This document shows, piece after piece, positions 25,747 to 35,777 of a DNA stretch of 40,630 nt (its first letter is position 1; the number at the start of each line of letters is the position of its first letter). Where the stretch lies: the NCBI GenBank assembly GCA_046754105.1, contig JBHHVD010000021.1, positions 1 to 40,630 of the forward strand, in the 5' to 3' direction. Under the pieces are notes generated by a model. The model saw only the letters and a program-made list of their open reading frames with translations, had not been told where the DNA came from and did no database searches. A program made the position numbers and the translations under genes. This stretch comes from Candidatus Krumholzibacteriia bacterium. GTDB lineage: Bacteria > Krumholzibacteriota > Krumholzibacteriia > WVZY01.

Positions 25747-26916
25747 ATGCCGGACCCCGTACGCCCCGACGACCAGTTTCTTGTCTTCGGCGCCCCCGCG
25801 ATCGAGGAGGACGAGATCGACGAGGTCGTCGCCAGTATTCGCAGCGGCTGGCTGGGTACCGGGCCCAAGGTGGCGCGGTTCGTGGACGATTTCAAACGCT
25901 ACCTCGGAGCGGAAAACGCCGCCGCGGTCAACTCGGGAACGGCGGCCCTGCACCTGAGCATGATCGCGGCGGAGCTGCAGGCGGGCGACGAGGTCATCAC
26001 GACGGCGATGACCTTTTGCTCGACCGTTAACGCCATCATCCATGCCGGCGCCACGCCCGTGCTCGCCGATTGCGATCCGCACACGATGAACATCGACCCG
26101 GCGTCCGTGGAGTCGAGAATCACGCCCCGGACCCGCGCCATCATGCCGGTGCATTTCGCAGGCCGCGCGTGCGACATGGAGGCCATCTCCAACATTGCGG
26201 CCCGGCACGGGCTCAAAGTGATCGGCGACTGCGCCCACGCCATCGAGACGGAATACAAGGGACGCAAGGTGGGCACGATCGGGGATTTCGCCTGCTACAG
26301 TTTTTACGTGACCAAGAACGTTATTACCGGCGAGGGGGGAATGGTCGTTACCCGGCGCGAGGAGGACGCTGCCCGCATACGCACGCTCGCGCTGCACGGC
26401 ATGAGCAAGGATGCGTGGAAGCGTTTCAGCGACGAGGGCTACATCCACTACTACGTCTACGAGGCGGGGTTCAAGTACAACTTGATGGATATCCAGGCGG
26501 CCATCGGCATTCACCAGCTCGCACGCGTCGAGAAAAACTGGCAGCGCCGCGCCGAAATCTGGAAGCGCTACGACGAGGCCTTTCGTGAAATGCCGATCGG
26601 CACGCCCGCGCCACCCGAAGCGGATACGCGTCACGCCTGCCATCTCTATACGATCATGGTGGACAAGGGGCGGGCCGGTGTCACGCGAGACGAATTCCTC
26701 AACGCGATCCAGGCCCACAACATCGGTGCCGGCGTACATTACCTGAGTATCCCGGAGCATCCCTACTACCAAAAGACCTTCGGCTGGAAACCTAAGGACT
26801 GCCCGAACGCCGCGCGAGTCGACCGCGAACCGGTCAGCCTTCCCCTGTCCGCCAAACTGAGCGACCGGGACGTCGGCGACGTGATCGAAGCGGTCGGGAG
26901 GATCCTCCGCCGGTGA
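25747..26916 (+). CDS. DegT/DnrJ/EryC1/StrS sugar aminotransferase
   Basis: SGWLGTGPKV, NSGTAALH, PVHFAG, DCAHA, SFYVTKN (PLP Lys), GEGG. Confidence 0.92.
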   Translation: MPDPVRPDDQFLVFGAPAIEEDEIDEVVASIRSGWLGTGPKVARFVDDFKRYLGAENAAAVNSGTAALHLSMIAAELQAGDEVITTAMTFCSTVNAIIHAGATPVLADCDPHTMNIDPASVESRITPRTRAIMPVHFAGRACDMEAISNIAARHGLKVIGDCAHAIETEYKGRKVGTIGDFACYSFYVTKNVITGEGGMVVTRREEDAARIRTLALHGMSKDAWKRFSDEGYIHYYVYEAGFKYNLMDIQAAIGIHQLARVEKNWQRRAEIWKRYDEAFREMPIGTPAPPEADTRHACHLYTIMVDKGRAGVTRDEFLNAIQAHNIGAGVHYLSIPEHPYYQKTFGWKPKDCPNAARVDREPVSLPLSAKLSDRDVGDVIEAVGRILRR

Positions 26917-28160
26917 ACTGGTCGAACGGCGCAGCGGGGATTCCCATCCGGCAGCTCACCCACCTGAGAGACCTGCTCACCGGCCGGCCGGTTACGACCC
27001 CCGCGATGGGCTCGGCGAGTGTGGGCCGCGACGACGTCGACCTCTCCCGCGAGTGGCTCGCCAGGCGCGGGGAGTGGTACGACCCGGCACCCGTGCGGCG
27101 CTACGAGAAGGAGTTCGCCTCCTGGAACGGGTCGTCGCATGCGTTCGCCTTCATGGGGGGGCGGGTCGCCCTGAGTGCGTGCATCGATGCCCTGGGGCTC
27201 GGGCCGGGCGACGAGGTAGTCCTGCCCGGGTATACGTGCGTCGTCGTACCAAACGCGTTCCACTACGCCGGCGTGGAGGTGGTCTATGCGGATATCGAGT
27301 TGCAATCCTACGGTCTCGATGCCGGCTCCCTGCGCTCGAGGCTGACGCCGAGGACCCGCGCGGTCATGGTGCAGCACCTCTACGGCCTGGTGTCGCGCGA
27401 CTACCAGGAGGTTCTCGACATCGCCGCGGAACGCGGCCTCTACGTGATCGAGGATTGTTGTCACGCCGCCGGCGCCGAGTTCGGGGGTGTCCGCGTCGGC
27501 AACCGCGGTCACGTGGCGTTCTACTCGAGCGAGCAGTCCAAAGTATTCAGCACCATACAGGGCGGAATGGCGGTAACCAACGACGCGGCGATCGCCGGGC
27601 GGCTGCAGGGCTACCAGGCGCAGGCGCCCTGCCCCGACGAGGATTGGATAGACCGCCAGCTGCATACCGTCGCGCTCAACTACTACCAGTTCAAACACCC
27701 ACAGCGCTGGTGGCGTGGCGACCTGGCTGTGCTGCGCCACGGGCGCAAACGCGTCGTCTCGACCACGGCGGGTGAATGCGACGGTATACGGCCCGAGCAC
27801 TACGGCTGCCGCATGCCGGCACCCATCGCCGCGCTCGGCAGCCACCAGCTCGAGAAGGTCGACACCACCAACGCCCGGCGCCGCGGGGCGGCGGCACACT
27901 GGAACGCGTGGTGCGAGGGGGCCGGTTACGCGCCCCCCGTTGTGGTGGAGGGGTCCGTGCCGGTCTTTTTGCGCTACCCCGTGCTGGTCGAGCCCGAGAA
28001 AAAAGGCAAACGCTCGTGGGCCAAAAAGGAGCTTGGAGTCTCGCTCGGGGTTTGGTTTATTAGTCACGTTCACCCGGCGACGCGACGCGTCGATGGCTGC
28101 CCCAATGCCGACGAGGCGGTCCGCCGCTGTGTGAATCTGCCTTGTCCACTGGACGAATGA
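26913..28160 (+). CDS. Second, divergent DegT-family PLP enzyme
   Basis: GTGA overlap; GRVAL, PGYTCVVV, QHLYG, IEDCCHA, YSSEQSKVFSTIQGG. Confidence 0.8.
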   Translation: MNWSNGAAGIPIRQLTHLRDLLTGRPVTTPAMGSASVGRDDVDLSREWLARRGEWYDPAPVRRYEKEFASWNGSSHAFAFMGGRVALSACIDALGLGPGDEVVLPGYTCVVVPNAFHYAGVEVVYADIELQSYGLDAGSLRSRLTPRTRAVMVQHLYGLVSRDYQEVLDIAAERGLYVIEDCCHAAGAEFGGVRVGNRGHVAFYSSEQSKVFSTIQGGMAVTNDAAIAGRLQGYQAQAPCPDEDWIDRQLHTVALNYYQFKHPQRWWRGDLAVLRHGRKRVVSTTAGECDGIRPEHYGCRMPAPIAALGSHQLEKVDTTNARRRGAAAHWNAWCEGAGYAPPVVVEGSVPVFLRYPVLVEPEKKGKRSWAKKELGVSLGVWFISHVHPATRRVDGCPNADEAVRRCVNLPCPLDE

Positions 28161-28732
28161 TGCGCGTCTTTCGACTGCTTGCTGAGATGTGGAATTTCAA
28201 ACGCGAAGCGTGCGCGGGGCTCATCCGCGGCAACAGCTCCCGGTTCGCCGCGAGGCTCCGCGGGCGCATGTTTCGTACGCGTTGTGCCATCGATACCCAC
28301 GTATTCATTACGGACCATCGCAATTTCTCCGCGGGAGAGGGAAGCGCGCTCTACCACGGTTGCTACATCCTGAACGCGGAGGGCAAGTTCAGGCTGGGCA
28401 ACAATTCTCACCTGGGCGCCTACTGCTACGTCAACGTCTGTTACGGCAACGTCAGCGTCGGCGACGATGTGGCGGTCGGCCCAGGTACGCGGATCATCGC
28501 CTATTCCAACCATTATGAAGCGGGCAGGAAGGTGACCGACGTACGCCTGACCCGGGACGTCGTCGTGGGCAACAACGTCTTCATCGGGGCCAACTGCAGT
28601 ATCCTTCCCGGGGCGGTGATTCACGACAACGTCGTGGTCGCCGCCGGTTCGGTAGTAAAGGGCGAGTTGGAAGGCAACGCCATCCACGGTGGCGTTCCGT
28701 GCAAGAAGCTACGGGAAGGCTGGTACGGGTGA
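28157..28732 (+). CDS. Hexapeptide-repeat (left-handed beta-helix) acyltransferase
   Basis: VGDDVAVGP, VGNNVFIGANCSILPG, VVAAGSVV, GGVPCK; ATGA overlap. Confidence 0.87.
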   Translation: MMRVFRLLAEMWNFKREACAGLIRGNSSRFAARLRGRMFRTRCAIDTHVFITDHRNFSAGEGSALYHGCYILNAEGKFRLGNNSHLGAYCYVNVCYGNVSVGDDVAVGPGTRIIAYSNHYEAGRKVTDVRLTRDVVVGNNVFIGANCSILPGAVIHDNVVVAAGSVVKGELEGNAIHGGVPCKKLREGWYG

Positions 28733-28797
28733 CGCCGCCCGCGGCGCCCGAAGACCCCGCGGCGGTTGCCGGGCCGGTAGATATCATTCCTGGAAAG

Positions 28798-28806
28798 TGT
28801 TATACT
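28798..28806 (+). promoter_or_regulatory. Extended -10 promoter element for the LVIVD gene
   Basis: TG-T-TATACT ending 35 nt before ATG 28842; weak -35 TAGATA at 17 nt spacing. Confidence 0.4.
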
Positions 28807-28841
28807 TTGTAAAGAGTTAACGCACTTCGCAGGACATCGAT

Positions 28842-31800
28842 ATGAGACGCGGCGCCAACGTTCTTGCCCGGGCCGGGGCGGTCCTGGCCATTTCCCTCGT
28901 CATCGCACCGCTTGCCGTATGGGACCGGGCGCCGCTGCGCGCCGGAACCCCGCACCGCCTCGTAGAGGATTTTTCAACCGAGCAGTTCAAGGATGCCGCC
29001 GCCACCACGGCGGACTGGAATACCGCCGCGGGCGAGATTCGGCTCTTTCCCTTTGGACCTGCAGTCGTCGCGTCGGTCGACCCGCCGGGTCCCGGGTTCT
29101 CGCGTGACCTCGCCCTCGACGGCGATATTCTGTGCCTGGTAGACGGGTCGCAGGGGCTACGTGTCTTCGACGTCGGTGACCCGTTGAATCCGGTACTAGC
29201 CGGCAGCTATGTTTCGCCTGCGGACGGTATCGAGGCCTTCGCCTCCGACGTGGTCATCGCCGGAGACCTCGCGTTCGTGGCCGACGGGCTATCCGGCCTG
29301 CAGATCGTCGACATCAGCGATCCCGCGAACCCGTCGCGAACGGGTCATTACCAGACTACCGCCTTCGCACGCGGCGTCGCGGTGGCCGGTGATTTCGCCT
29401 ACGTGGCGCAGGCGGATTTACCGCCGGGTCTGAACTCGGGCCTGCTGGTCATCGATATCGGCGATCCGGCCTCGCCGGGCCTGGCCGGAAGCGTTACGCT
29501 GGCCGGGTCGCCAATCGGTGTGACCGTCGACGGCGACCTTGCCTACGTGGCCGGTGGGGACGGCGGCCTGTACACGGTCGCCGTAGCCGACCCGGCGGCT
29601 CCCGTACGCGTGGGCAACCTGCCCACGCCGACCCTCTCGCGCAGCATCGTCCTGGCGGGCGCGCGGGCCTACATGGCGACGGCGCAAAGCGGGCTCTACG
29701 TGGTGGACGTGACGAATCCCCTGGCCCCGGCGCTCGAGAAGGTCTACGACACCCCGGACATCTCGTTCGGCCTCGCACTCTGCGGTGATGCCCTCTACGT
29801 CGCGGACGGTGGGACGGGGCTGATGGAATTCGACGTCACAGACCCGGTGAATCCGGTGCTCTCGCACACGATCGACACACCGGACAAGGCGATCGGCGTG
29901 GCGGTGGCCGGCCGCTACGCGTACGTTTCGGATGGGTCGGCGGGCCTGCACGTGATCGAGACCCGGCAGGTCGTGCGCCCGCTACCGGTGGGCCAAACGC
30001 AACCGGCGATGAGCGCGGCGGGCGCGGTCGTGCGGGGGGACCACGCGCTGGTCGCCGATCAGAGCTTCGGACTTCGCGCCGTCGACATCACCGACCCCTC
30101 GGCTCCGGTGGCGTTGGGTGGCGCAACGTCTCCGCTGCCGCTCAGCGGCGGCCTGTCCACGACCGGCAACCTGGTCTATGCGTCCACCGGCGGTGGGCAG
30201 CACGTGGAGACGTTTGCGATCGATAACCCGGCAGGCCCCCAGCACCTCTTCGACTTCGACACCGGGGGGGAGACCGGCCGCATGGGCATCCGCGGGGACC
30301 GCGGATACCTCGCCAACGGCATACGGGGATTCACTGTCCTCGACCTCGGCAATCCTCCCGTCCCCGCGATCGCGGGTACCACGTCGATGCCCGGCTTTGC
30401 CGCTGCGGCGGACGTGGCCGGAGACCTCGCGCTGGTCGCCGTCGTTTCGACCGGACTCCGGGTCGTCGATATCAGCAATCCCGCGGCGCCGCTGACGATC
30501 GGCGGTGTCACCGACGGCACCGGCGGCAACGACCTCGAGGTTCACGGGGACGAAGCCTACGTGGCCGCGGGTGACGGTCTGAGGATCTACGACATCCGCA
30601 ACCCGGCCTCGCCCGCATCGCTCTCTCACCTGCCCGCGGTCGCCGGCGTGGGGCGGAGCGTTGCCGTCAGCGGCAATTACGCGGTGCTGGTCACCGGCTC
30701 GAACCCGCCCGGCGCGGTCGTGGTGATCGACGTCAGCGATCCCGCAGCCCCCGCCGAGGTCGGCAGCTACCCGACCACCAATTCGCTGGACGTGGTGTTG
30801 TCGGGAGACCTCGCCTACGTTTCCGACTGGACGTCGGGGCTTCGCGTCTTCCAGGTCTTCGAGCGGGATTACGACCAGGCGGACAACGTCTCCCAGTCGA
30901 CCAACATCCACGCGAGCGCCGATGACGTCATCCGCGTACGGCTCACCAGCACGCAGAGCGATTCGGTCCGGTGGCAGGTTACCGCCGACGGCGGCACCAA
31001 CTGGGTGGACGTTTTCCCGGCGGGTGAGTGGGGCAAACCGGTGCAGCCCGGCTCCGATGTGCGATGGCGATCCACCCACGTCTACGAGACGGCGTTTGTG
31101 AACCCGTCCGCGGGCGGGCTCGAGTTGCAGTGGCTCTACCGGTTCGCCGCCATAGACTCCGTCGTCGACGTGCCCGCCGACGCGGGCGGATGGGTCGACG
31201 TGCACTTTTCGCGCTCCGGGTACGACTTTGCCGACACGTTGCTGGTTGCGGAGTACGACGTGCGGCGGCGCGTGCCGGGCACCCCCAACAACTGGGAGAT
31301 CGTGGCCACCGTTCCCGCGCAGCAGCAGGATTCCTACGTCGCAACGGTGCCCACGTTCCCCGATACAGCGGATACGGTGTATTCGGTCTACTCGATCCGC
31401 GCGCGTGCGCTGGATCCCCTGATTTTTTTCGACAGCCCCCCGGACAGCGGTTTCTCGGCCGACAACACGGTCGCCGTTCTGATCGCGCGTTTCGACGCGG
31501 CGTATGCCGGGTATGGCGTGCGGCTCCGGTGGCGAATCGCCCGCTCCGACGGCCTGCGGGGATTTCACGTCTACCGCTCGCGGCAGAGGGACAGTGGTTA
31601 CCGGCGAATAAACAGGTCGCTGCTGCCAGGCGCGGGCACGAACGAGTACACGGACACCGGCGTTAGCCGCGGCGTGCACTACTGGTACCGGCTCGGCGCG
31701 GTTGACCGCGACGGCGAGTTTCTATCGCTGCCGGTTGCCGTTGCCGTGCCCGCCGGCGTCTTCCGGCTCTTTCAGAATCATCCCAATCCGTTCAACCCCG

Positions 31801-32033
31801 TGACGACCATCGCCTACGAGGTGGCCGCGAGATCGCGGGTGACGCTTCAGGTTTTCGATGTGAACGGCGCCCTGGTGCGAACGCTGGTCGATGCCGGGCA
31901 GACGCCCGGAGCGAACACCGTCGTGTGGGACGGTCGCGACCGGCGTGGCCGCCGCGTGGCCTCGGGCGTCTATTTTTACCGCCTGCGCGCCGGGGGGATG
32001 TCTCTGACGCGCAAAATGGCGTTGCTCGAGTAA
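28842..32033 (+). CDS. Secreted LVIVD-repeat beta-propeller protein with FN3-like and C-terminal FlgD-Ig (sorting-type) domains
   Basis: Signal peptide; 14 repeats of the type V-x-G-D-x-A-Y-V-A-D-G-x2-G-L-x-V-x-D-I-S-D-P; C-terminal QNHPNPFNP...VWDGRD...ASGVYFYRL. Confidence 0.85.
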   Translation: MRRGANVLARAGAVLAISLVIAPLAVWDRAPLRAGTPHRLVEDFSTEQFKDAAATTADWNTAAGEIRLFPFGPAVVASVDPPGPGFSRDLALDGDILCLVDGSQGLRVFDVGDPLNPVLAGSYVSPADGIEAFASDVVIAGDLAFVADGLSGLQIVDISDPANPSRTGHYQTTAFARGVAVAGDFAYVAQADLPPGLNSGLLVIDIGDPASPGLAGSVTLAGSPIGVTVDGDLAYVAGGDGGLYTVAVADPAAPVRVGNLPTPTLSRSIVLAGARAYMATAQSGLYVVDVTNPLAPALEKVYDTPDISFGLALCGDALYVADGGTGLMEFDVTDPVNPVLSHTIDTPDKAIGVAVAGRYAYVSDGSAGLHVIETRQVVRPLPVGQTQPAMSAAGAVVRGDHALVADQSFGLRAVDITDPSAPVALGGATSPLPLSGGLSTTGNLVYASTGGGQHVETFAIDNPAGPQHLFDFDTGGETGRMGIRGDRGYLANGIRGFTVLDLGNPPVPAIAGTTSMPGFAAAADVAGDLALVAVVSTGLRVVDISNPAAPLTIGGVTDGTGGNDLEVHGDEAYVAAGDGLRIYDIRNPASPASLSHLPAVAGVGRSVAVSGNYAVLVTGSNPPGAVVVIDVSDPAAPAEVGSYPTTNSLDVVLSGDLAYVSDWTSGLRVFQVFERDYDQADNVSQSTNIHASADDVIRVRLTSTQSDSVRWQVTADGGTNWVDVFPAGEWGKPVQPGSDVRWRSTHVYETAFVNPSAGGLELQWLYRFAAIDSVVDVPADAGGWVDVHFSRSGYDFADTLLVAEYDVRRRVPGTPNNWEIVATVPAQQQDSYVATVPTFPDTADTVYSVYSIRARALDPLIFFDSPPDSGFSADNTVAVLIARFDAAYAGYGVRLRWRIARSDGLRGFHVYRSRQRDSGYRRINRSLLPGAGTNEYTDTGVSRGVHYWYRLGAVDRDGEFLSLPVAVAVPAGVFRLFQNHPNPFNPVTTIAYEVAARSRVTLQVFDVNGALVRTLVDAGQTPGANTVVWDGRDRRGRRVASGVYFYRLRAGGMSLTRKMALLE

Positions 32034-32157
32034 GGCGCGTCCGGAAGAGAATGCAGCTTCGATGCCGCCCGGCGCCCGCAGGCGTACCGCATTTTTTGGC
32101 GCATTGAGGCTAGGTGCCGCCTGCCCGGTGCGTTATAATCGGTCACGCGAGCGGGAC

Positions 32158-32628
32158 ATGTTAGACCTGATAAAGAGAATAATCACCGCCAACGAGCCGG
32201 GCGGCGCTTCGGGACCGCCGGCGGATACGTCGCGCGGTGTCCGGGTGGCGACGTGCGCCCTGTTCGTCGCCATGGCACAGAGTGACGACGACTTCAGCCG
32301 GGCGGAATACGATCACGTCGTGGCACTTCTGAGAAAAGAGTACGACCTCTCCGACGAGCACGCGCAGGATCTGCTGCAGGTGTCCGGACAGGCGCTGGAT
32401 GGCAGCATCGACTTCTGGCAGTTCACCAATCTGATCAACCAGAGCTGCGGCAAAGAGGAAAAGTTGCGGGTGGTCGAGTTGATCTGGAAGATCGTTTACG
32501 CGGACGGCCACCTCGACGACCACGAGAGGCTGCTGGTCCGGAAGCTCGCGAAGATGTTACGCGTCACCGAGAGGGAGATGATCGACGCGAAACTGCGCGT
32601 GCTGCACGGGGAAGGAGATGCGGGCTGA
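32158..32628 (+). CDS. TerB-family (tellurite resistance-like) protein
   Basis: ATCALFVAMAQSDDDFSRAE, DFWQFTNLIN, WKIVYADGHLDDHERLLVRKLA. Confidence 0.82.
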   Translation: MLDLIKRIITANEPGGASGPPADTSRGVRVATCALFVAMAQSDDDFSRAEYDHVVALLRKEYDLSDEHAQDLLQVSGQALDGSIDFWQFTNLINQSCGKEEKLRVVELIWKIVYADGHLDDHERLLVRKLAKMLRVTEREMIDAKLRVLHGEGDAG

Positions 32629-32671
32629 AAGGAGCCCGCGGGACTCGGGCAGCGGTAACAAGGAGGACAGG

Positions 32672-33358
32672 ATGGTAAAACTGACGTTTCACGGCCACGC
32701 CTGCTGGGAGGTGCAATCGTCGTCGCATCGCATTTTGATCGACCCGTTCCTCTCCGGGAACGAGCTGGCCGACGTGGGGCCGGACGCGTTCGACAAGCTG
32801 GACGCCCTGCTGATTACGCACGGTCACGGCGATCACATAGGAGACGGAGTGGATATCGGCAAGAGAACCGGGGCCACGGTGGTCTCCAACTACGAAATCG
32901 CCGAGTACTTCCAGGCCAAGGGGTGCAAGTCGCACCCGCTGCACATCGGCGGCGGGGCGACGTTTCCATTCGGCCACGTCAAACTCACGATAGCCCACCA
33001 CGGCTCGACGGGACCCGGTGGCGAGGCGCTGGGCAATCCCGCGGGGATCGTGCTGACGGTAGACGGCAAGAAGATCTATCACGCGGGCGACACGGGGGTC
33101 TTTCTGGATATGAAATTGATCGCCGAGTTGAACGGACCGCTAGACGTAGCACTGCTTCCTATCGGCGACAACTTCACCATGGGTATCGACGACGCGGCAC
33201 GGGCGGCGGAGTTCGTGGACGCCGGGGTGACGATACCGATGCACTACAACACGTTTCCGTACATCGAAGTCGACCCGAACGACTTCATCGGCAAGGTAGC
33301 AGCGCAGGGACGAAGGGCGCTGCTGGTCAAACCCGGCGAAAGCCACGATGTGGAGTAA
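32672..33358 (+). CDS. UPF0173/UlaG-like metallo-beta-lactamase-fold hydrolase
   Basis: FHGHA, IDPFLSGN, THGHGDH, YHAGDT, LPIGDNFTMG, PMHYNTF; AGGAGG RBS. Confidence 0.9.
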   Translation: MVKLTFHGHACWEVQSSSHRILIDPFLSGNELADVGPDAFDKLDALLITHGHGDHIGDGVDIGKRTGATVVSNYEIAEYFQAKGCKSHPLHIGGGATFPFGHVKLTIAHHGSTGPGGEALGNPAGIVLTVDGKKIYHAGDTGVFLDMKLIAELNGPLDVALLPIGDNFTMGIDDAARAAEFVDAGVTIPMHYNTFPYIEVDPNDFIGKVAAQGRRALLVKPGESHDVE

Positions 33359-33436
33359 GCAACGACGCGGTGCGCCCGGCGCCGTGCGGTCGAGGTTTGG
33401 GGAGATGCTCCTGCCCCTTGCCCCGGAAGGAGAGAC

Positions 33437-33898
33437 TTGCCCCTCTCGAAATTCGACATTCGACCAGCCACCTCGAAGGAAATCGCGCCCGTGGTCGGGC
33501 TCTACAACCTGATGTGGGTGGGGCGGAAGGGGCCACCGCTCGATCTGAAGATGGCGAAGCGGTTCTACGAGGGCGTCGAGAGAAACCCCGACCACGACAT
33601 GTACGTGGCGGTCATGGAAGGGCGCATAGTGGGTGTGTTCTCGCTCCTCGTCGACAAAGTGAGCAGAGTCGAATGCGGTTGCAGGGTGCGGCTCGAGAAC
33701 GTGGCCGTCCACCCGAAGTACCGGGGGCAAGGTATCGGCAAGGAAATAATCTGTTTCGTCAAGAACCGGTGCAGGGAGGTGGGGTGTGACACGGTGCTGC
33801 ATGCCACGCACGCGAAGCGGGGCGAGGCGGACAGTTTCTACGAATCGCTGGGTTTCAGGCGAGAGGGATATCACCTCGTGTTGAAGCTCGAAGACTAG
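33437..33898 (+). CDS. GNAT-family N-acetyltransferase
   Basis: ENVAVHPKYRGQGIG, FYESLGF; TTG start with AAGGAG RBS. Confidence 0.85.
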   Translation: MPLSKFDIRPATSKEIAPVVGLYNLMWVGRKGPPLDLKMAKRFYEGVERNPDHDMYVAVMEGRIVGVFSLLVDKVSRVECGCRVRLENVAVHPKYRGQGIGKEIICFVKNRCREVGCDTVLHATHAKRGEADSFYESLGFRREGYHLVLKLED

Positions 33899-33914
33899 CC
33901 CCGAGGTGGTTGTT

Positions 33915-34427
33915 ATGATCGAACGCCCGGCGCGGAATGAATATGACGCCTACTACCACCGCTACGTCGACCAGGTGCCTGACGGAGACGTCCTGGAGAC
34001 GATGGCGATAAACGTCAAACGCACCCTGGCATTGCTCGAGGTGGTCGGAGAAGAGGGGGCCGGCTACCGCTACGCGCCGGACAAGTGGAGCATAAAGCAG
34101 GTGGTCGGTCACGTGACCGATATCGAACGGCTCTTCGGCTACCGGGCGCTGGCGTTCGCCCGACTCGACCCGTCGCCGCTGCCGTCTATCGAACAGGACG
34201 ATTACGTAAAGCACGCCAATTTCGACGAACGCCCGCTCGCCGATATCCTGGCGGAATTCGAGTACGTGCGCCTGTCGTTTCTCGCCCTTTTCCGGGGGTT
34301 CAACGACGAGATGCTCCTGCGGCGGGGAACCGCGAGCGGCCTTGAGTTTACCGTGCGTTCGATACCCTTCATTATGGCCGGTCACGAGATCCACCACGTG
34401 AAGGTTCTGCGAGAGCGTTATCTGTAA
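33915..34427 (+). CDS. DinB/YfiT-family protein
   Basis: YAPDKWSIKQVVGHVTDIER, AGHEIHH metal-binding His motifs. Confidence 0.87.
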   Translation: MIERPARNEYDAYYHRYVDQVPDGDVLETMAINVKRTLALLEVVGEEGAGYRYAPDKWSIKQVVGHVTDIERLFGYRALAFARLDPSPLPSIEQDDYVKHANFDERPLADILAEFEYVRLSFLALFRGFNDEMLLRRGTASGLEFTVRSIPFIMAGHEIHHVKVLRERYL

Positions 34428-34432
34428 CCGCC

Positions 34433-35767
34433 ATGATTCCCGAGATCAACGAAACCCACGACCCGAAGCTCGAGAGCTGGGTACGGTCGGCCAACGAGAC
34501 CGGAACCGATTTTCCCGTTCAGAACCTGCCGCTTGGTGTGTTCAAGCGCCGGGGCGCCGACGAGGAACCCCGCGTGGGCGTGGCGATCGGTGACTACATC
34601 CTGGACGTGGCCGCCTGTCGCAGCGAGGGGCTCTTCAAGGGGCGTGCCTTTGCGGCAGCGCTGTCCTGCGAGGTCGCCTCGCTGAACTCGCTGATGGCGC
34701 TGGGGCCGCGGGCGTGGGGAGACCTGCGCCGGCGCGTGTCCGAGCTGCTGCGCGCGGGCCACCCGCAAGCCGACCGCAACAGACGGACGATCGAGAAAAC
34801 GCTGGTGCCGATGGCCGCGTGTGAAATGCGCATGCCGGTCTCTATCGGAGACTTTACGGATTTTCACGGCTCCACGGATCATGCCGCCAGCGTCCGGGAC
34901 CTGCTGCTCCCGGACGCGCCGCCACCCGCGAACTACCGCCACGTGCCCATTGCCTACCACGGCCGCGCCTCGTCGGTGGTCGTGAGCGGGACACCGGTAC
35001 GAAGGCCCAACGGCCAGATCGGCCATGACGGCGGTGGTGCGGCGCCCGTCTTTGGTGCGAGCGCGTCACTGGACTACGAGGTGGAGGTAGGTTTTTTCGT
35101 TGGCCCCGGAAACCCGCAGGGAACCCCCGTTGCAATCACGGACGCCGAGCGGCACGTCTTCGGGCTGTGCCTGGTAAACGACTGGTCCGCGCGCGACATC
35201 CACAAGTGGGAACACCAGCCCCTCGGCCCGTTCCTGGGCAAGAGTTTTGCCACGACGGTCTCGCCATGGGTGGTCACGCTCGAGGCGCTGGCACCGTACC
35301 GGGTGCCTGCGGCGCCCCGTCCCGACGGCGACGCCGAACCACTGCCCCACCTCGACTCGGCGCAGAACCGGACACACGGTGGCATCGACGTGACCCTGGA
35401 AGTGCGGGTTTCGTCGCAAAGAATGCGGGACGCGTCGGTGGAGCCAGTGCGGGTCAGCCGCGGTAAGTTTCGCGGCATGAACTGGACCGTCGCCCAGATG
35501 CTTTCTCATCACACGAGCAACGGCTGCAACGTACGGCCCGGCGACTTGATGGCCAGTGGTGCGGTCTCCGGGCGTTCACCGGACTCAAGAGGATCCTTGC
35601 TGGGTCTCTCCGAGCGCGGGTCACGACCGCTCCGGCTGCCCGGTGGTGAGGAGCGGTCTTTCCTCGAGGACGGCGATGAGGTCATTATCAGCGGTGCTTG
35701 CGACCGGGATGGCTTCGCCCATGTCGGGTTCGGGGACTGCCGGGGTGTGATCGTACCAGCACTGTGA
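34433..35767 (+). CDS. fahA: Fumarylacetoacetase (FahA) homolog with atypical active-site residues
   Basis: DFPVQNLPLG, PIAYHGRASSVVVSG, LDYEVE, NDWSARD, PLGPFLGKSF, FLEDGDEV. Confidence 0.82.
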   Translation: MIPEINETHDPKLESWVRSANETGTDFPVQNLPLGVFKRRGADEEPRVGVAIGDYILDVAACRSEGLFKGRAFAAALSCEVASLNSLMALGPRAWGDLRRRVSELLRAGHPQADRNRRTIEKTLVPMAACEMRMPVSIGDFTDFHGSTDHAASVRDLLLPDAPPPANYRHVPIAYHGRASSVVVSGTPVRRPNGQIGHDGGGAAPVFGASASLDYEVEVGFFVGPGNPQGTPVAITDAERHVFGLCLVNDWSARDIHKWEHQPLGPFLGKSFATTVSPWVVTLEALAPYRVPAAPRPDGDAEPLPHLDSAQNRTHGGIDVTLEVRVSSQRMRDASVEPVRVSRGKFRGMNWTVAQMLSHHTSNGCNVRPGDLMASGAVSGRSPDSRGSLLGLSERGSRPLRLPGGEERSFLEDGDEVIISGACDRDGFAHVGFGDCRGVIVPAL

Positions 35768-35777
35768 GGGCGCTTCG

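Noticed and set aside
25039..31679. Long minus-strand ORFs 25039-26772, 26766-28073 and 29982-31679
   Set aside because: Antisense shadows of well-supported plus-strand genes.
32158..32628. Tellurite-resistance or anti-phage ter operon
   Set aside because: A single TerB-like gene with no terA, C, D or Z neighbours.
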